Assembly: GCA_964512315.1 (NCBI GenBank)
Contig: CAZEIK010000001.1
Coordinates: 84,408-148,407 of the forward strand
Length of the DNA stretch: 64,000 bases
Reading direction: 5' to 3'
Source: an uncultured Candidatus Saccharibacteria bacterium
GTDB taxonomy: Bacteria; Patescibacteriota; Minisyncoccia; Phycocordibacterales; UBA5272
Every line of letters begins with the position of its first letter. Position 1 is the first letter of the stretch. The position numbers were made by a program, and so were the translations under genes. The notes below the pieces were generated by a model, which did no database searches, had not been told where the DNA came from, and saw only the letters and a list, made by a program, of their open reading frames with translations. Positions 26,099-35,045 of the stretch are shown here, one piece after another.

Positions 26099-27982
26099 TT
26101 AAATAGTTATAATTACTGGTACAATCACAGGGTCTTTTGAAGTCTTGTCGTACAACACTTTACCAATCTTCTCTAGTATCTCTTTCTTAAGATTGTCTAT
26201 TTGCATCTCTCTATTTTCTGTTAGATGTGTTTCGATTATGTTCTTGACCATAGTTCTAGATTCACGTAATAACTCCTGAGACTCTTTTAGATAGACGAAT
26301 CCACGAGAGGCGATGTCTGGAGACTTTTTCAACTTGTGTAACTTCTGGTCTATAATTGCGATAATTATAAATATTCCTTCTTCACGCAAGTTGTCACGAT
26401 CACGCAATACCATATCTTGCACCTTACCAACATTTGTACCGTCTACCACTATAATGTCATTAGATACACGTTCAGGTAGGGCTACTATTTTCTCGCCATT
26501 ATTCTGTATCTCAATTATTAGACCATTGTCAGGTACTACAATGTTTTCTTTTGGCATTTGCCTCGAGAGTGCGATGTCGCGATGCACTGTTAGCATGTAG
26601 TGATACCCGTGCACAGGGATGAAGAATTTAGGGTTGATAGCGCTATGTATCCAAGACAGCTCTCCAGCGTTAGCGTGACCTGATGAGTGCACGTCAGATG
26701 TCTTGTAATGAATAAGATGTGCTCCTTGGCGAGACAGGTTATCTTTTAGCTTCTGTACTGGTTGCTCATTGCCAGGAATAATAGAAGACGACATAAGTAT
26801 AGTGTCGAATTTGTTAAGCTTGATGTATTTGTGAGTCTTATTAGCTATACGACCAAGTGCCGCGAATTCTTCTCCTTGGGCTCCAGTTGCTAGTATGACA
26901 ATTCGATTAGGAGGGTAGTCTGGCACACTTTCAATTGGTATCAGTGTTTCAGGCTTGATGTCTAGCATCTCAGCTAGTCTGGCCACTTCAATGTTTGTCT
27001 TCATGCTGCGACCTTCAACTACTACCTTACGGCCATATTTCTCACACATGCGCAACATGAACAACATGCGCTCAACTTGCGAAGCGAATGTCGAGACTAT
27101 CAATCTTCCTGGAGTATCGCGTATGACTGACTCCAGGTTTTTGTATACAACACTGTCTGATATAGAGAATCCTGGCTGCTCACAATTAGTTGAGTCCGTC
27201 ATAAGCGCTAACACTTTTCTGTTTTTGAAAATAGAAAAGTTGTTAACCTCATTCTCAGTAGGCACTCCGTCATTGTGATCAAGACGAAGGTCTCCGGTAT
27301 GCACGATGTCTCCGTGTGGAGTCTCGATTACAATACCCATTGCATCTGGTATAGCGTGGCTCACTCCCCAAAATGTAACCTTTAAGTCGCCTAATTCTAT
27401 TGTCTGGCCAGTTTCTACTATATTAATCTTTAATTCAGGCAGATAAGGGAATTCTTCTTGCCTTTTTCTTATCATTAACTGAGTAAAATTGCGAGCGTAT
27501 ATTTTTGGATTACCTATACGAGGCATAATGTAAGGTATAGCTCCAATGTGATCCAAGTGGCCATGAGTTATTACCATTGCCTTGATCTTATCTTTTCTTT
27601 CTTCCAAGTACTTAGTGTTAGGGAGTATGAAGTCTATTCCGGGCGTGTCTGTTTCGCTGAATTGTATACCGCAGTCGACAATAACAATTGAGTCTTTGTA
27701 TTCAACCATGCTCATGTTACGTCCGATCTCCTCAACTCCTCCCATGTGCAATATACGTATGTCGCCGTCTTTTAGTGGCGGTATGTGTGCAGTCTCATTG
27801 TCTGGTCCTAGGCGAGACTCAAATACAGGCTGAACTATTTTCCTTTCTCTTTTTTTCTTGGGTTTAGATGAAGATCTCTTTTCCGTTGCAACAGGGGCTG
27901 GTACCTGGTTACCACCAATAGTCTTAGGCGGGGCAACTGGACGCTTGTCATTTGGATTGAATTTATTTTGATTGTTTTGCAT
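26099..27982 (-). CDS. rnj: Ribonuclease J (metallo-beta-lactamase/beta-CASP) with a basic N-terminal extension
   Basis: 'HGHLDHIGAIPY', 'HTGDLRLD', 'SGHA' and 'VHGYHYM' motifs are intact. Confidence 0.9.
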   Translation of the reverse strand: MQNNQNKFNPNDKRPVAPPKTIGGNQVPAPVATEKRSSSKPKKKRERKIVQPVFESRLGPDNETAHIPPLKDGDIRILHMGGVEEIGRNMSMVEYKDSIVIVDCGIQFSETDTPGIDFILPNTKYLEERKDKIKAMVITHGHLDHIGAIPYIMPRIGNPKIYARNFTQLMIRKRQEEFPYLPELKINIVETGQTIELGDLKVTFWGVSHAIPDAMGIVIETPHGDIVHTGDLRLDHNDGVPTENEVNNFSIFKNRKVLALMTDSTNCEQPGFSISDSVVYKNLESVIRDTPGRLIVSTFASQVERMLFMLRMCEKYGRKVVVEGRSMKTNIEVARLAEMLDIKPETLIPIESVPDYPPNRIVILATGAQGEEFAALGRIANKTHKYIKLNKFDTILMSSSIIPGNEQPVQKLKDNLSRQGAHLIHYKTSDVHSSGHANAGELSWIHSAINPKFFIPVHGYHYMLTVHRDIALSRQMPKENIVVPDNGLIIEIQNNGEKIVALPERVSNDIIVVDGTNVGKVQDMVLRDRDNLREEGIFIIIAIIDQKLHKLKKSPDIASRGFVYLKESQELLRESRTMVKNIIETHLTENREMQIDNLKKEILEKIGKVLYDKTSKDPVIVPVIITI

Positions 27983-27988
27983 ATATTT

Positions 27989-29713
27989 TTAAACAGTAAT
28001 AATTACAGATATAACCACTGGCTCCTTGGCTGTTTTTTGTAATAGGAACTTGCTGACTATTGATTGCAAATTCTCTTTTAATGTATCAGTGTCTATTATT
28101 TTATTTTTCTCTAAGTAGCCATCTATTGTGTTCTTGATTGTGTCGCGAGCCTCTAACATAAGGTCCTTTGACTCCTTGCTATAAACGAATCCACGAGAGG
28201 CGATGTCTGGAGACTTTTTCAATTGATGTAGGTGAGTGTCTATTACAGCTATCATTACGAATATTCCTTGAGCACCGAGCGTCTCGCGGTCACGCATTAC
28301 TACATCTTGTATCTTTCCTACACTTTGCCCATCTACGACTATCATTTCAGTTTCTACTTTTTGATTAAGTAGAACTATTTTACTTCCTTCTTCTGCTAAT
28401 TCAATAACGCTACCATTGTCAGGTATTATGATATTACTCTCAAGGTTACCTAGTCTACGCTCAACGTCAGCATGAACACGTAGCAGATAGTGATACCCAT
28501 GCATAGGTATAAAGTATTTGGCATGCATTTTGCGATGTATATAATCCAGGTCTTCACTGTGACCATATCTGTACAAGTTAACCTCGGTTGCTCTGTAGTG
28601 TATGATGTGAACTCCTATACGTGATAATTTATCTTTTAGATTCTGAGCTTGACGTTGATTATGAACGATGGCGTGTGTTGCAAATATTACTGTGTCATTC
28701 TCGGTGAATTGTATAGAATCATGTCTACCATTAACCATTTTTTCTAAGTTGTATAATTCATCACCTTCAACTTTTGCCACTAGATACACCAGCTTGTTGT
28801 GAGGTATAGATGCGGCTTCTTCTTGAGAGATTATTAGTCCGTCATACATCTTGGTGTTGTAGGCCGCTTTTATTGCTTTTATGATGTCGTTAATTGCCAC
28901 ACTGTCCACTACAACTTTTTTACCTAATTGATTACACATGTCTAAGATGAATCTAATTCTCTCTGGTGCAGCAGCAAATGTTCCGATGAATACACGACCT
29001 TCGGCTCCATGTATTGCAGTTGCGAGTCCTGTGTATATGCCTTCCTCTTTTGGTGCAAAGCCATTTTGATCAGAGTTACCTGAACTAGCCAGTAGACATA
29101 ATACATTTCTGTTTTCAAAGTATTTAAACGGTGTCTCTTTACCTAATACTTGAGTCGAAGACATGTACACTATGTCACCATAATTACTTTCGATAGATAC
29201 AGATAATTGTCCTGGTGTGTCGTCGTGTATATTCCAGAAGCGTAAGTTTATATATCCAACAGTAATAGACATTTGCTCCTCTATAGGGAATATGTGATCT
29301 TCTAACTTAATGCCGAGCCTCTCTGCGCGTAGCTTGATTATCTCACCGGTTACATTTCTAGCGTATATGCTAGCTTGAGGGAAGTCTGCAGCAAAGTATG
29401 GTATAGCACCCACATGGTCAGTGTTAGGGCTCGTTGCAATTATTGCCTTTACTTTGTGTTTCTTTTCTTTTAGATAAGCTGAGTTAGGTAGTATAAAATC
29501 AATACCTGGCGTCTTAAGTGCGCTGTATTGTATACCGCCGTCGAGCACGACAATAGTGTCGCGATACTCAACAGCCCACATATTTCTTCCTGACTCCTCG
29601 TTACCTCCAATCGCGATAATGCGTATATTGTTAGGCGCCAAGTCAGGCAGAACACGTACACGGTTCTGATTTTCTCTGTTATTTGGTCTGAATGGTTTTG
29701 AAAAGTTTCTCAT
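27989..29713 (-). CDS. RNase J paralog with degenerate catalytic motifs (probable pseudo-enzyme)
   Basis: Collinear with the RNase J at 26099-27982, but HxHxDH has become 'ATSPNTDHVG', 'HTGD' has become 'YMSS', and 'SGHA' has become 'YGHS'. The C-terminal domain is conserved. Confidence 0.8.
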   Translation of the reverse strand: MRNFSKPFRPNNRENQNRVRVLPDLAPNNIRIIAIGGNEESGRNMWAVEYRDTIVVLDGGIQYSALKTPGIDFILPNSAYLKEKKHKVKAIIATSPNTDHVGAIPYFAADFPQASIYARNVTGEIIKLRAERLGIKLEDHIFPIEEQMSITVGYINLRFWNIHDDTPGQLSVSIESNYGDIVYMSSTQVLGKETPFKYFENRNVLCLLASSGNSDQNGFAPKEEGIYTGLATAIHGAEGRVFIGTFAAAPERIRFILDMCNQLGKKVVVDSVAINDIIKAIKAAYNTKMYDGLIISQEEAASIPHNKLVYLVAKVEGDELYNLEKMVNGRHDSIQFTENDTVIFATHAIVHNQRQAQNLKDKLSRIGVHIIHYRATEVNLYRYGHSEDLDYIHRKMHAKYFIPMHGYHYLLRVHADVERRLGNLESNIIIPDNGSVIELAEEGSKIVLLNQKVETEMIVVDGQSVGKIQDVVMRDRETLGAQGIFVMIAVIDTHLHQLKKSPDIASRGFVYSKESKDLMLEARDTIKNTIDGYLEKNKIIDTDTLKENLQSIVSKFLLQKTAKEPVVISVIITV

Positions 29714-29719
29714 ATATTT

Positions 29720-31375
29720 TTAATGTAATAATGTGTAGATTTTGTTAATAATTTTGTCGTTCATAAATATTGGCCAGACTTGCTCGGTATCATTCCACCA
29801 ATAATTAATATTTGTAACTAGGTCTTTGCTGCTAATTATCGCTGTAGGCAATTCTGCATTTAATTCCTTACTATAAATTATATTTCTAGTTGGAGTATAT
29901 AGCGGTATATAAGGGTACTCTTCGTAGAATTCGGTCCTGATTTTTTCTAATTCTGAATTTATGGTCTCTTGATTAGAGGCGGTTTTTAATGTTTCTAAAT
30001 GTGAGTCGAATGTCTTGCTTGTATAGCTAGATATATTGAGTCCTGGAGCATTGCGCTGAGATGAGTGCCAGAACGCATACAAGTCTGAGGGAGCCTGTAT
30101 TTCTATTGTTGATAAGAGAGCCTCATAGTCGCGGTTACGTATTATGTTCTGGTTTAGATCATTCTGATCTTTGATATCTAGTGTTACGTCTATTCCTTTT
30201 GCTGCTAGCATGTCTTTTATCTTGTTGGCCGTAGTTATGCGTCTCTCCATGTCAGGCAAAGTAATAGCAAAAGTCGTAGTAGAAAATTCTGATATTGTAC
30301 TAGATGACAAGTTGCTGCTGCCAGGCATCATGTCGAAAGTCGGCACTCCAAAGTCTTTGAAGTTGCCTCTATCTATTGCGTAATATATTTGTTCACGATT
30401 ATCTTTTTTAGCGAAGCTGTCCTTTTTATTAGCATTCAAAAATAGGGCGACTATTCTAGGTAATGCGTATGTAAACTTATTATAATTTTTGTTACTTAGT
30501 TGTGCGAGTGAGTCTTGCTCTATGTCGAAGGCTATGTCGACTTTGTTAGCGTTAACTGCCTTCATTAATGCTTCAGGGCTAGAGTAATACTGTATATTAA
30601 TATATTTTATATAAGGTCTCTTGCCTTCGTAATTAGAGTTAGATACTAGTTCTAACTTTTCTACTTTTCCTGCGCTGTCTAGACTTGCATCATTAACTTC
30701 ATACATACCACTCGGTGAAGGGTATTGATTTACTTCAGACAGTACTAGCCCATCCAAGCTTCTATTTTCATACTCTTTCTCGGATAGAACACCGACGGTT
30801 AGTAATTCCTCAATAAGCGGGAATGGTTTTTTTAATTTGATTACAAAGTTTTTGTCATCAATTTTTTCAAAAGATAATCCTTCATATCTAACTTTTTCTG
30901 TTGCGCGTACCTGTGGGTCAGATAATAGGGTGTAAGTGAATATAACGTCATCACTTGTAACCTTTTGTCCATTTGCAAAAGATGCATCGTCGCGTAACTT
31001 TACTGTGATCTCGGTGCCGTCCTCATTTTTCTGTATACTTTCGGCGAGGTCATAGTCATAGTTGCCACTTATATTTTTTTTATATAGCCCTGCGTAAAGT
31101 AGCGAAGAGATAATCTTCTCCGCGTCAGAGCTTGCGTATATCGGTGTGAAGTATCTTGGCTGCTCTATTGTTCCTATGTTTAGTGTCGTGTTGTATTTCG
31201 GTACAGTTACAGTCAATGTACGTAAGTATATAAACATCGCTACAACAATTGAGGCCGCACCAAATATTATAAATAGACCAGCATAAAAAGCATTCTCAGG
31301 TGTTGTCTGCTCGATAGCAAGCCTGACCTTTTTTAGAAAGGGAAGTGTTGATATATTATTTTGTTCGTCATTCAT
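29720..31375 (-). CDS. Membrane-anchored solute-binding protein, family 5 (OppA/DppA-like)
   Basis: N-terminal TM. 'LAESIQKNEDGTEITVKLRDDASFANGQKVTSDDVIFTY' resembles the SBP_bac_5 core. No adjacent permease genes. Confidence 0.55.
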   Translation of the reverse strand: MNDEQNNISTLPFLKKVRLAIEQTTPENAFYAGLFIIFGAASIVVAMFIYLRTLTVTVPKYNTTLNIGTIEQPRYFTPIYASSDAEKIISSLLYAGLYKKNISGNYDYDLAESIQKNEDGTEITVKLRDDASFANGQKVTSDDVIFTYTLLSDPQVRATEKVRYEGLSFEKIDDKNFVIKLKKPFPLIEELLTVGVLSEKEYENRSLDGLVLSEVNQYPSPSGMYEVNDASLDSAGKVEKLELVSNSNYEGKRPYIKYINIQYYSSPEALMKAVNANKVDIAFDIEQDSLAQLSNKNYNKFTYALPRIVALFLNANKKDSFAKKDNREQIYYAIDRGNFKDFGVPTFDMMPGSSNLSSSTISEFSTTTFAITLPDMERRITTANKIKDMLAAKGIDVTLDIKDQNDLNQNIIRNRDYEALLSTIEIQAPSDLYAFWHSSQRNAPGLNISSYTSKTFDSHLETLKTASNQETINSELEKIRTEFYEEYPYIPLYTPTRNIIYSKELNAELPTAIISSKDLVTNINYWWNDTEQVWPIFMNDKIINKIYTLLH

Positions 31376-31432
31376 ATATTTATGAATCAGAGCTCCTCCT
31401 GAGCAGAACTTAGGTCTTATTCCGTTGGCTTA

Positions 31433-31654
31433 TTATTTCAGAAAAGCGTGTACAGCCAAAGACACAGCAAACAGTATTGCTACTATTATTGTTGCACGGT
31501 ATAGAACTAGCTCGCCTCCACGTCTACGATATGTACCGACAGAAGAATCAGCAGAAAATGCTCCGTTGCTGTCTGTATTAGATCTTTGAACGAGAACCAA
31601 GATAACTAGAATAACCGATAAGATTACGTTCACCGCTAGGATGAGAGATTGCAT
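31433..31654 (-). CDS. secG: Preprotein translocase subunit SecG
   Basis: Start taken at 'MQSLILAVNVILSVILVILVLVQRSNTDSNGAFSADSSVG...' (73 aa), the typical SecG pattern. The ORF track's upstream extension would overlap the divergent gene. Confidence 0.65.
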   Translation of the reverse strand: MQSLILAVNVILSVILVILVLVQRSNTDSNGAFSADSSVGTYRRRGGELVLYRATIIVAILFAVSLAVHAFLK

Positions 31655-31708
31655 ACCTAAAATACTACCATAATAGACCGATTTTGCAAATATGTTATTA
31701 TTAACAGG

Positions 31709-32569
31709 ATGAAAAACGTTGTTGTTATATATCATAAGAATTGTATGGATGGTACAGCTGGTGCCTGGGTAGCTTGGAAAAAGTATGGAGACAAAGCTGA
31801 ATATATAGCAGCAGATAATTGGGAGGTTTTGCCAGAATATCTAACAAATCATAAAGATTTAGAAAACACAGAGATATATGTAATAGATTTTTCTTTTTCA
31901 AAACAAGTTTTGTTAGATTTGGAGAGTAAAACTAAAAAGCTAGTTGTTTTGGATCATCACTTGGGTGCAAAAGAAAATATAGAAGCAGTGCGTGAACATG
32001 TATATGGAGAAGGTGAGAGTGGGTGTATCTTGGCTTGGAGATATTTCTTCCCAGATACTGAGATACCATTAGCTATACAGTATGTGTCAGATAATGATAC
32101 TTGGACACACAAAATGCCTGACTATGAGATAGTGGATGCATATATATATAAGACAGATAATGACTTTACATTTAACTATTTTCAGAGAATTATAGATGAA
32201 TTATCTGATGAGAAAAGATTTGAAGAGGTAAAGAAGGTTGGTAAAGTTTTGAGGGAGGCTTATTTGAGCACAGTGAACAAGTATTTTGATCGAGCGGAAG
32301 AGGTTGAGTTTGCTGGATATAAAGTATTAGCTGTCAATGCTCCGTCAGAGATAAAAAGTGAGCTTGGACATAGATTGGCACAAAAGACTGGAACGTTTGG
32401 AATAATATATTATTATTTTGAGGGTAAATGGAGATTTAGTTTAAGGTCTGTATCTGATTTTGATGTGAGTGAGATAGCAAAAAAGATGGGTGGTGGTGGT
32501 CACAAAAATGCTGCCGCTTTTCATATACCTTTTGAAAATCCAATAGCTTCTATCTTAAAAACAAACTAG
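31709..32569 (+). CDS. nrnA: DHH/DHHA1-family phosphoesterase (NrnA-like oligoribonuclease/pAp phosphatase)
   Basis: 'VIYHKNCMDGTAGAW', 'VVLDHHLG', and DHHA1 'GGGGHKNAAAF'. Confidence 0.75.
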   Translation: MKNVVVIYHKNCMDGTAGAWVAWKKYGDKAEYIAADNWEVLPEYLTNHKDLENTEIYVIDFSFSKQVLLDLESKTKKLVVLDHHLGAKENIEAVREHVYGEGESGCILAWRYFFPDTEIPLAIQYVSDNDTWTHKMPDYEIVDAYIYKTDNDFTFNYFQRIIDELSDEKRFEEVKKVGKVLREAYLSTVNKYFDRAEEVEFAGYKVLAVNAPSEIKSELGHRLAQKTGTFGIIYYYFEGKWRFSLRSVSDFDVSEIAKKMGGGGHKNAAAFHIPFENPIASILKTN

Positions 32570-32730
32570 GCGAAATATTTAAAAGTTATCCAGATACCGA
32601 AGATGCTGCCAATGGCTGTGAATAAGACAGAGGATAGAGAAAACACACTAGCGCCAAACAGAGTAGGGACAATGCTGCCAATTAGGCTGCCAACTGTCAC
32701 GCCTATCCAAATAATGTTCTTGTTGTACAT
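32566..32730 (-). CDS. Small membrane protein (54 aa), GlsB/YeaQ/YmgE-like; not in the ORF track
   Basis: MYNKNIIWIGVTVGSLIGSIVPTLFGASVFSLSSVLFTAIGSIFGIWITFKYFA: two Gly-rich TM helices. The stop overlaps the nrnA stop. Confidence 0.3.
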   Translation of the reverse strand: MYNKNIIWIGVTVGSLIGSIVPTLFGASVFSLSSVLFTAIGSIFGIWITFKYFA

Positions 32731-32802
32731 ATGTATATGATATCAGAGTTGTTGCTTTTTATAAGTTTTTTTGTTATATTTTAGCAGTACTTTTGTACAC
32801 AT

Positions 32803-32874
32803 TCCGTGATAGCTCAGCGGTAGAGCAGTTCCCTGTTAAGGAATTGGTCGTAGGTTCGATCCCTACTCACGGAG
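32803..32874 (+). tRNA. tRNA-Asn (anticodon GTT)
   Basis: 72 nt: acceptor TCCGTGA/TCACGGA, D-arm GCTC..GAGC, anticodon stem GTTCC/GGAAT (one G-U pair) with loop CTGTTAA, T-arm GTAGG TTCGATC CCTAC. Confidence 0.9.
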
Positions 32875-33064
32875 CAATGAATTGGTTACTTAGAATAAAA
32901 GAAGTAATTATAAATATTTTTGCAAAATCAGAAAGACTTAAACTTGCGGCAATGTTGCTTGCGGCTAGTTTTTCTATAATGTACTTCACGGGTGAACATT
33001 TGCCTCTGATGATGACGGTATTCTTTCTGTTGGGGTCTCTTGGAAGCTTTAAAGAGTAATAAAT

Positions 33065-33553
33065 CTATTTTACTTCCCAAGTGCTTCTTAGATAAATAAT
33101 GTCCCCTGTACTGTCAGTTGCTTCGATGACTTGTTTTTTCTCTGTATCTATAACTATTTTATCCCACCCGTCACCACTAAGAGTAAGTATTTTTGAATTA
33201 TCATTATAAGATAATATGACTAGTTCGCTTCTACCCATAAAGCTTAGGACATCATTTAGTAAAAAAGCCTCGTCAACATAAGTTTTTTTAGTTTGGGTAT
33301 CTATGTAAAAAGTCATTACTTGATAAGTATTTTTTGGTTGATCTTTTTTGTCTCGGAAAGCAACTACGCCATGGGCAAGATAGACAGTATTTTCTGTATC
33401 GTATGGAGGGGTAGAGCCAATTATAATCTGTTTGCTTATTGGTATTACTGGACTTTTTGCAAAGAAAATAAAAAGAATATTTAGTAGAATAGATATCAAT
33501 AAAACTGATCGAATAAACAACTTGTTTTTAAGAAAAGCTTTTATTTTATTCAT
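33065..33553 (-). CDS. Membrane-anchored hypothetical protein
   Basis: 162 aa; N-terminal TM then a beta-rich domain. Confidence 0.45.
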   Translation of the reverse strand: MNKIKAFLKNKLFIRSVLLISILLNILFIFFAKSPVIPISKQIIIGSTPPYDTENTVYLAHGVVAFRDKKDQPKNTYQVMTFYIDTQTKKTYVDEAFLLNDVLSFMGRSELVILSYNDNSKILTLSGDGWDKIVIDTEKKQVIEATDSTGDIIYLRSTWEVK

Positions 33554-33608
33554 ATTATTAATTTATATCAAATTTTGTTTCTTATTTAAATGATATACTA
33601 ATAATTTT

Positions 33609-33809
33609 ATGCAAAAAGTGGCAACAAGGATTTTTATAGGAGCGTCAATCGCTTTTGGTGTAGTGGGGTTGTTGATAGTTATCACTTCTTCTGGTCCGGA
33701 TCATATGGACACAACTTGGGATCAATTTTTGGCTAAGGCGCTATTTACTTGTGTCTTTATCATTCTTCCATCCTTCGCCCTCAGCGTTGCGGGTAAGTAT
33801 TTGAGGTAG
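33609..33809 (+). CDS. Small 2-TM membrane protein, hypothetical
   Basis: 66-aa hydrophobic ORF. Confidence 0.3.
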   Translation: MQKVATRIFIGASIAFGVVGLLIVITSSGPDHMDTTWDQFLAKALFTCVFIILPSFALSVAGKYLR

Positions 33810-33813
33810 GTGT

Positions 33814-34062
33814 TTACCTATGTATACATCCGGCCCAGCAGCAGGGGCGGCGTTCACCTTTTTTGAATTTGTCTAACATTATATTAATGCGCCTGCTCCT
33901 TGTCTCTTCCTTTTTGGCATCAGTAACCCAACATATCCACTCATTACGAGCGAGTGGGGTTATGTCACACCAAATGTCAGAGAATTTGGTTTCGTTTTCT
34001 AGTACCATTCGCATGTCTTGTGGTAATTTGTGAACTACGCCATTAGGCAAAGACTTTTTCAT
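33814..34062 (-). CDS. YdeI/OmdA-family (bacteriocin-protection-like) small protein
   Basis: 'LPQDMRMVLENETKFSDIWCDITPLARNEWICWVTDAKKEETRSRRINIMLDKFKKGER' matches the OmdA pattern (AKkpETR.rRi). Confidence 0.55.
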   Translation of the reverse strand: MKKSLPNGVVHKLPQDMRMVLENETKFSDIWCDITPLARNEWICWVTDAKKEETRSRRINIMLDKFKKGERRPCCWAGCIHR

Positions 34063-34144
34063 TCTTATATTTTATCAGATATTTATAAAAGTCAGCTTTT
34101 TGTTTTGGTTGACTTAGATGGATAATTTTTGATAAATATATAGT

Positions 34145-34471
34145 ATGTTTTTTAATTCACAAAAAGGAGGAAGTGTTACGGTAGAAGAGGCTTATAAATT
34201 AGTTCAAGTTGAAGGGAATATTTTGATAGATGTCCGAGAGGCTGATGAGTATAAAAGTGGCGCGTCGCCTTTTGCTGTGAATATTCCTTTGTCTACTTTT
34301 GATATTAATGTGCGAGACAGGCTTTCTAAATATAAAGAAGTGTATGTTATGTGTCGCTCGGGAGGTAGAAGTGCTCAGGCTGTAAAGTTTTTAAAAAGTA
34401 TTGGGATTAATGCTATTGATGTGTCAGGAGGTATTATTGCTTGGAAGAGTAAGAACTTGCCTGTAACCTAA
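34145..34471 (+). CDS. Rhodanese-domain sulfurtransferase
   Basis: 'IDVREADEYKSGASP' ... active-site loop 'VMCRSGGRSAQAV'. Confidence 0.75.
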   Translation: MFFNSQKGGSVTVEEAYKLVQVEGNILIDVREADEYKSGASPFAVNIPLSTFDINVRDRLSKYKEVYVMCRSGGRSAQAVKFLKSIGINAIDVSGGIIAWKSKNLPVT

Positions 34472-34550
34472 AGATATTTACTGGTTAGACTTTTTTAATA
34501 AATGGGAGTAGTATTTAATTAGCACCGCAATCAATCCCGAAGGAGGGAAT

Positions 34551-34928
34551 ATGAGCAAGCTGATTAAAGTTAAGTACGGACCGAATGCTCCGACATTGCT
34601 CCTTACCTGCAAGCAAGGGGCGTGGACTGAAGTTGATCGAGTTGAGTTGGAGCGTCTCTTCGGTGAAGAGCGCGTAACCTGGTATCGTGACCGAAAACAA
34701 ATGATTGTCATCTCTGACAATCGAAAGATCGCCGCTACCCTGCGTGATGCAGAGTTCTCCAAGATTATCTCTCGCTCTGAAAAGAGTGGGCACGGTGACG
34801 GACTCATTACTGGGACCTTCAAAGACATTTGTCGCGACATCAATTTCGAGCCATTCTTTGCACACTGGCCAAAAGCTCGAGCTCCTGCCCCACGTAAGCA
34901 AACTGGAACGCTTGATGGCTATCGTTAA
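34551..34928 (+). CDS. Hypothetical protein (125 aa) in a GC-rich island with a strong SD
   Basis: AAGGAGGG sits 3 nt before the ATG, and a terminator follows. Three overlapping alternative ORFs in other frames reflect the local GC of about 55%. Confidence 0.45.
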   Translation: MSKLIKVKYGPNAPTLLLTCKQGAWTEVDRVELERLFGEERVTWYRDRKQMIVISDNRKIAATLRDAEFSKIISRSEKSGHGDGLITGTFKDICRDINFEPFFAHWPKARAPAPRKQTGTLDGYR

Positions 34929-34960
34929 CAAGCGAACCTAAGTCGCGCCACCCGCAGCAA

Positions 34961-34986
34961 AAGCTGCCTCGGGCGGCTTTTGTTTT
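34961..34986 (+). terminator. Rho-independent terminator
   Basis: AAGCTGCCtcgGGCGGCTTttgtttt. Confidence 0.6.
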
Positions 34987-35045
34987 GAGTATTTGTTTTA
35001 TTTTTATAATAGGAGCAATATTAGCGTAAATTAAAAAATATACAC

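Noticed and set aside
32793-33059. 88-aa ORF
   Set aside because: Its 5' part is the tRNA-Asn gene (32803-32874). The remainder (61 aa from ATG 32877) has no support.
34478-34941. Three extra ORFs (two minus, one plus) in the 34.5-kb GC island
   Set aside because: Only the 34551-34928 plus-strand frame has a consensus SD and terminator; the others are GC-driven frame artifacts.
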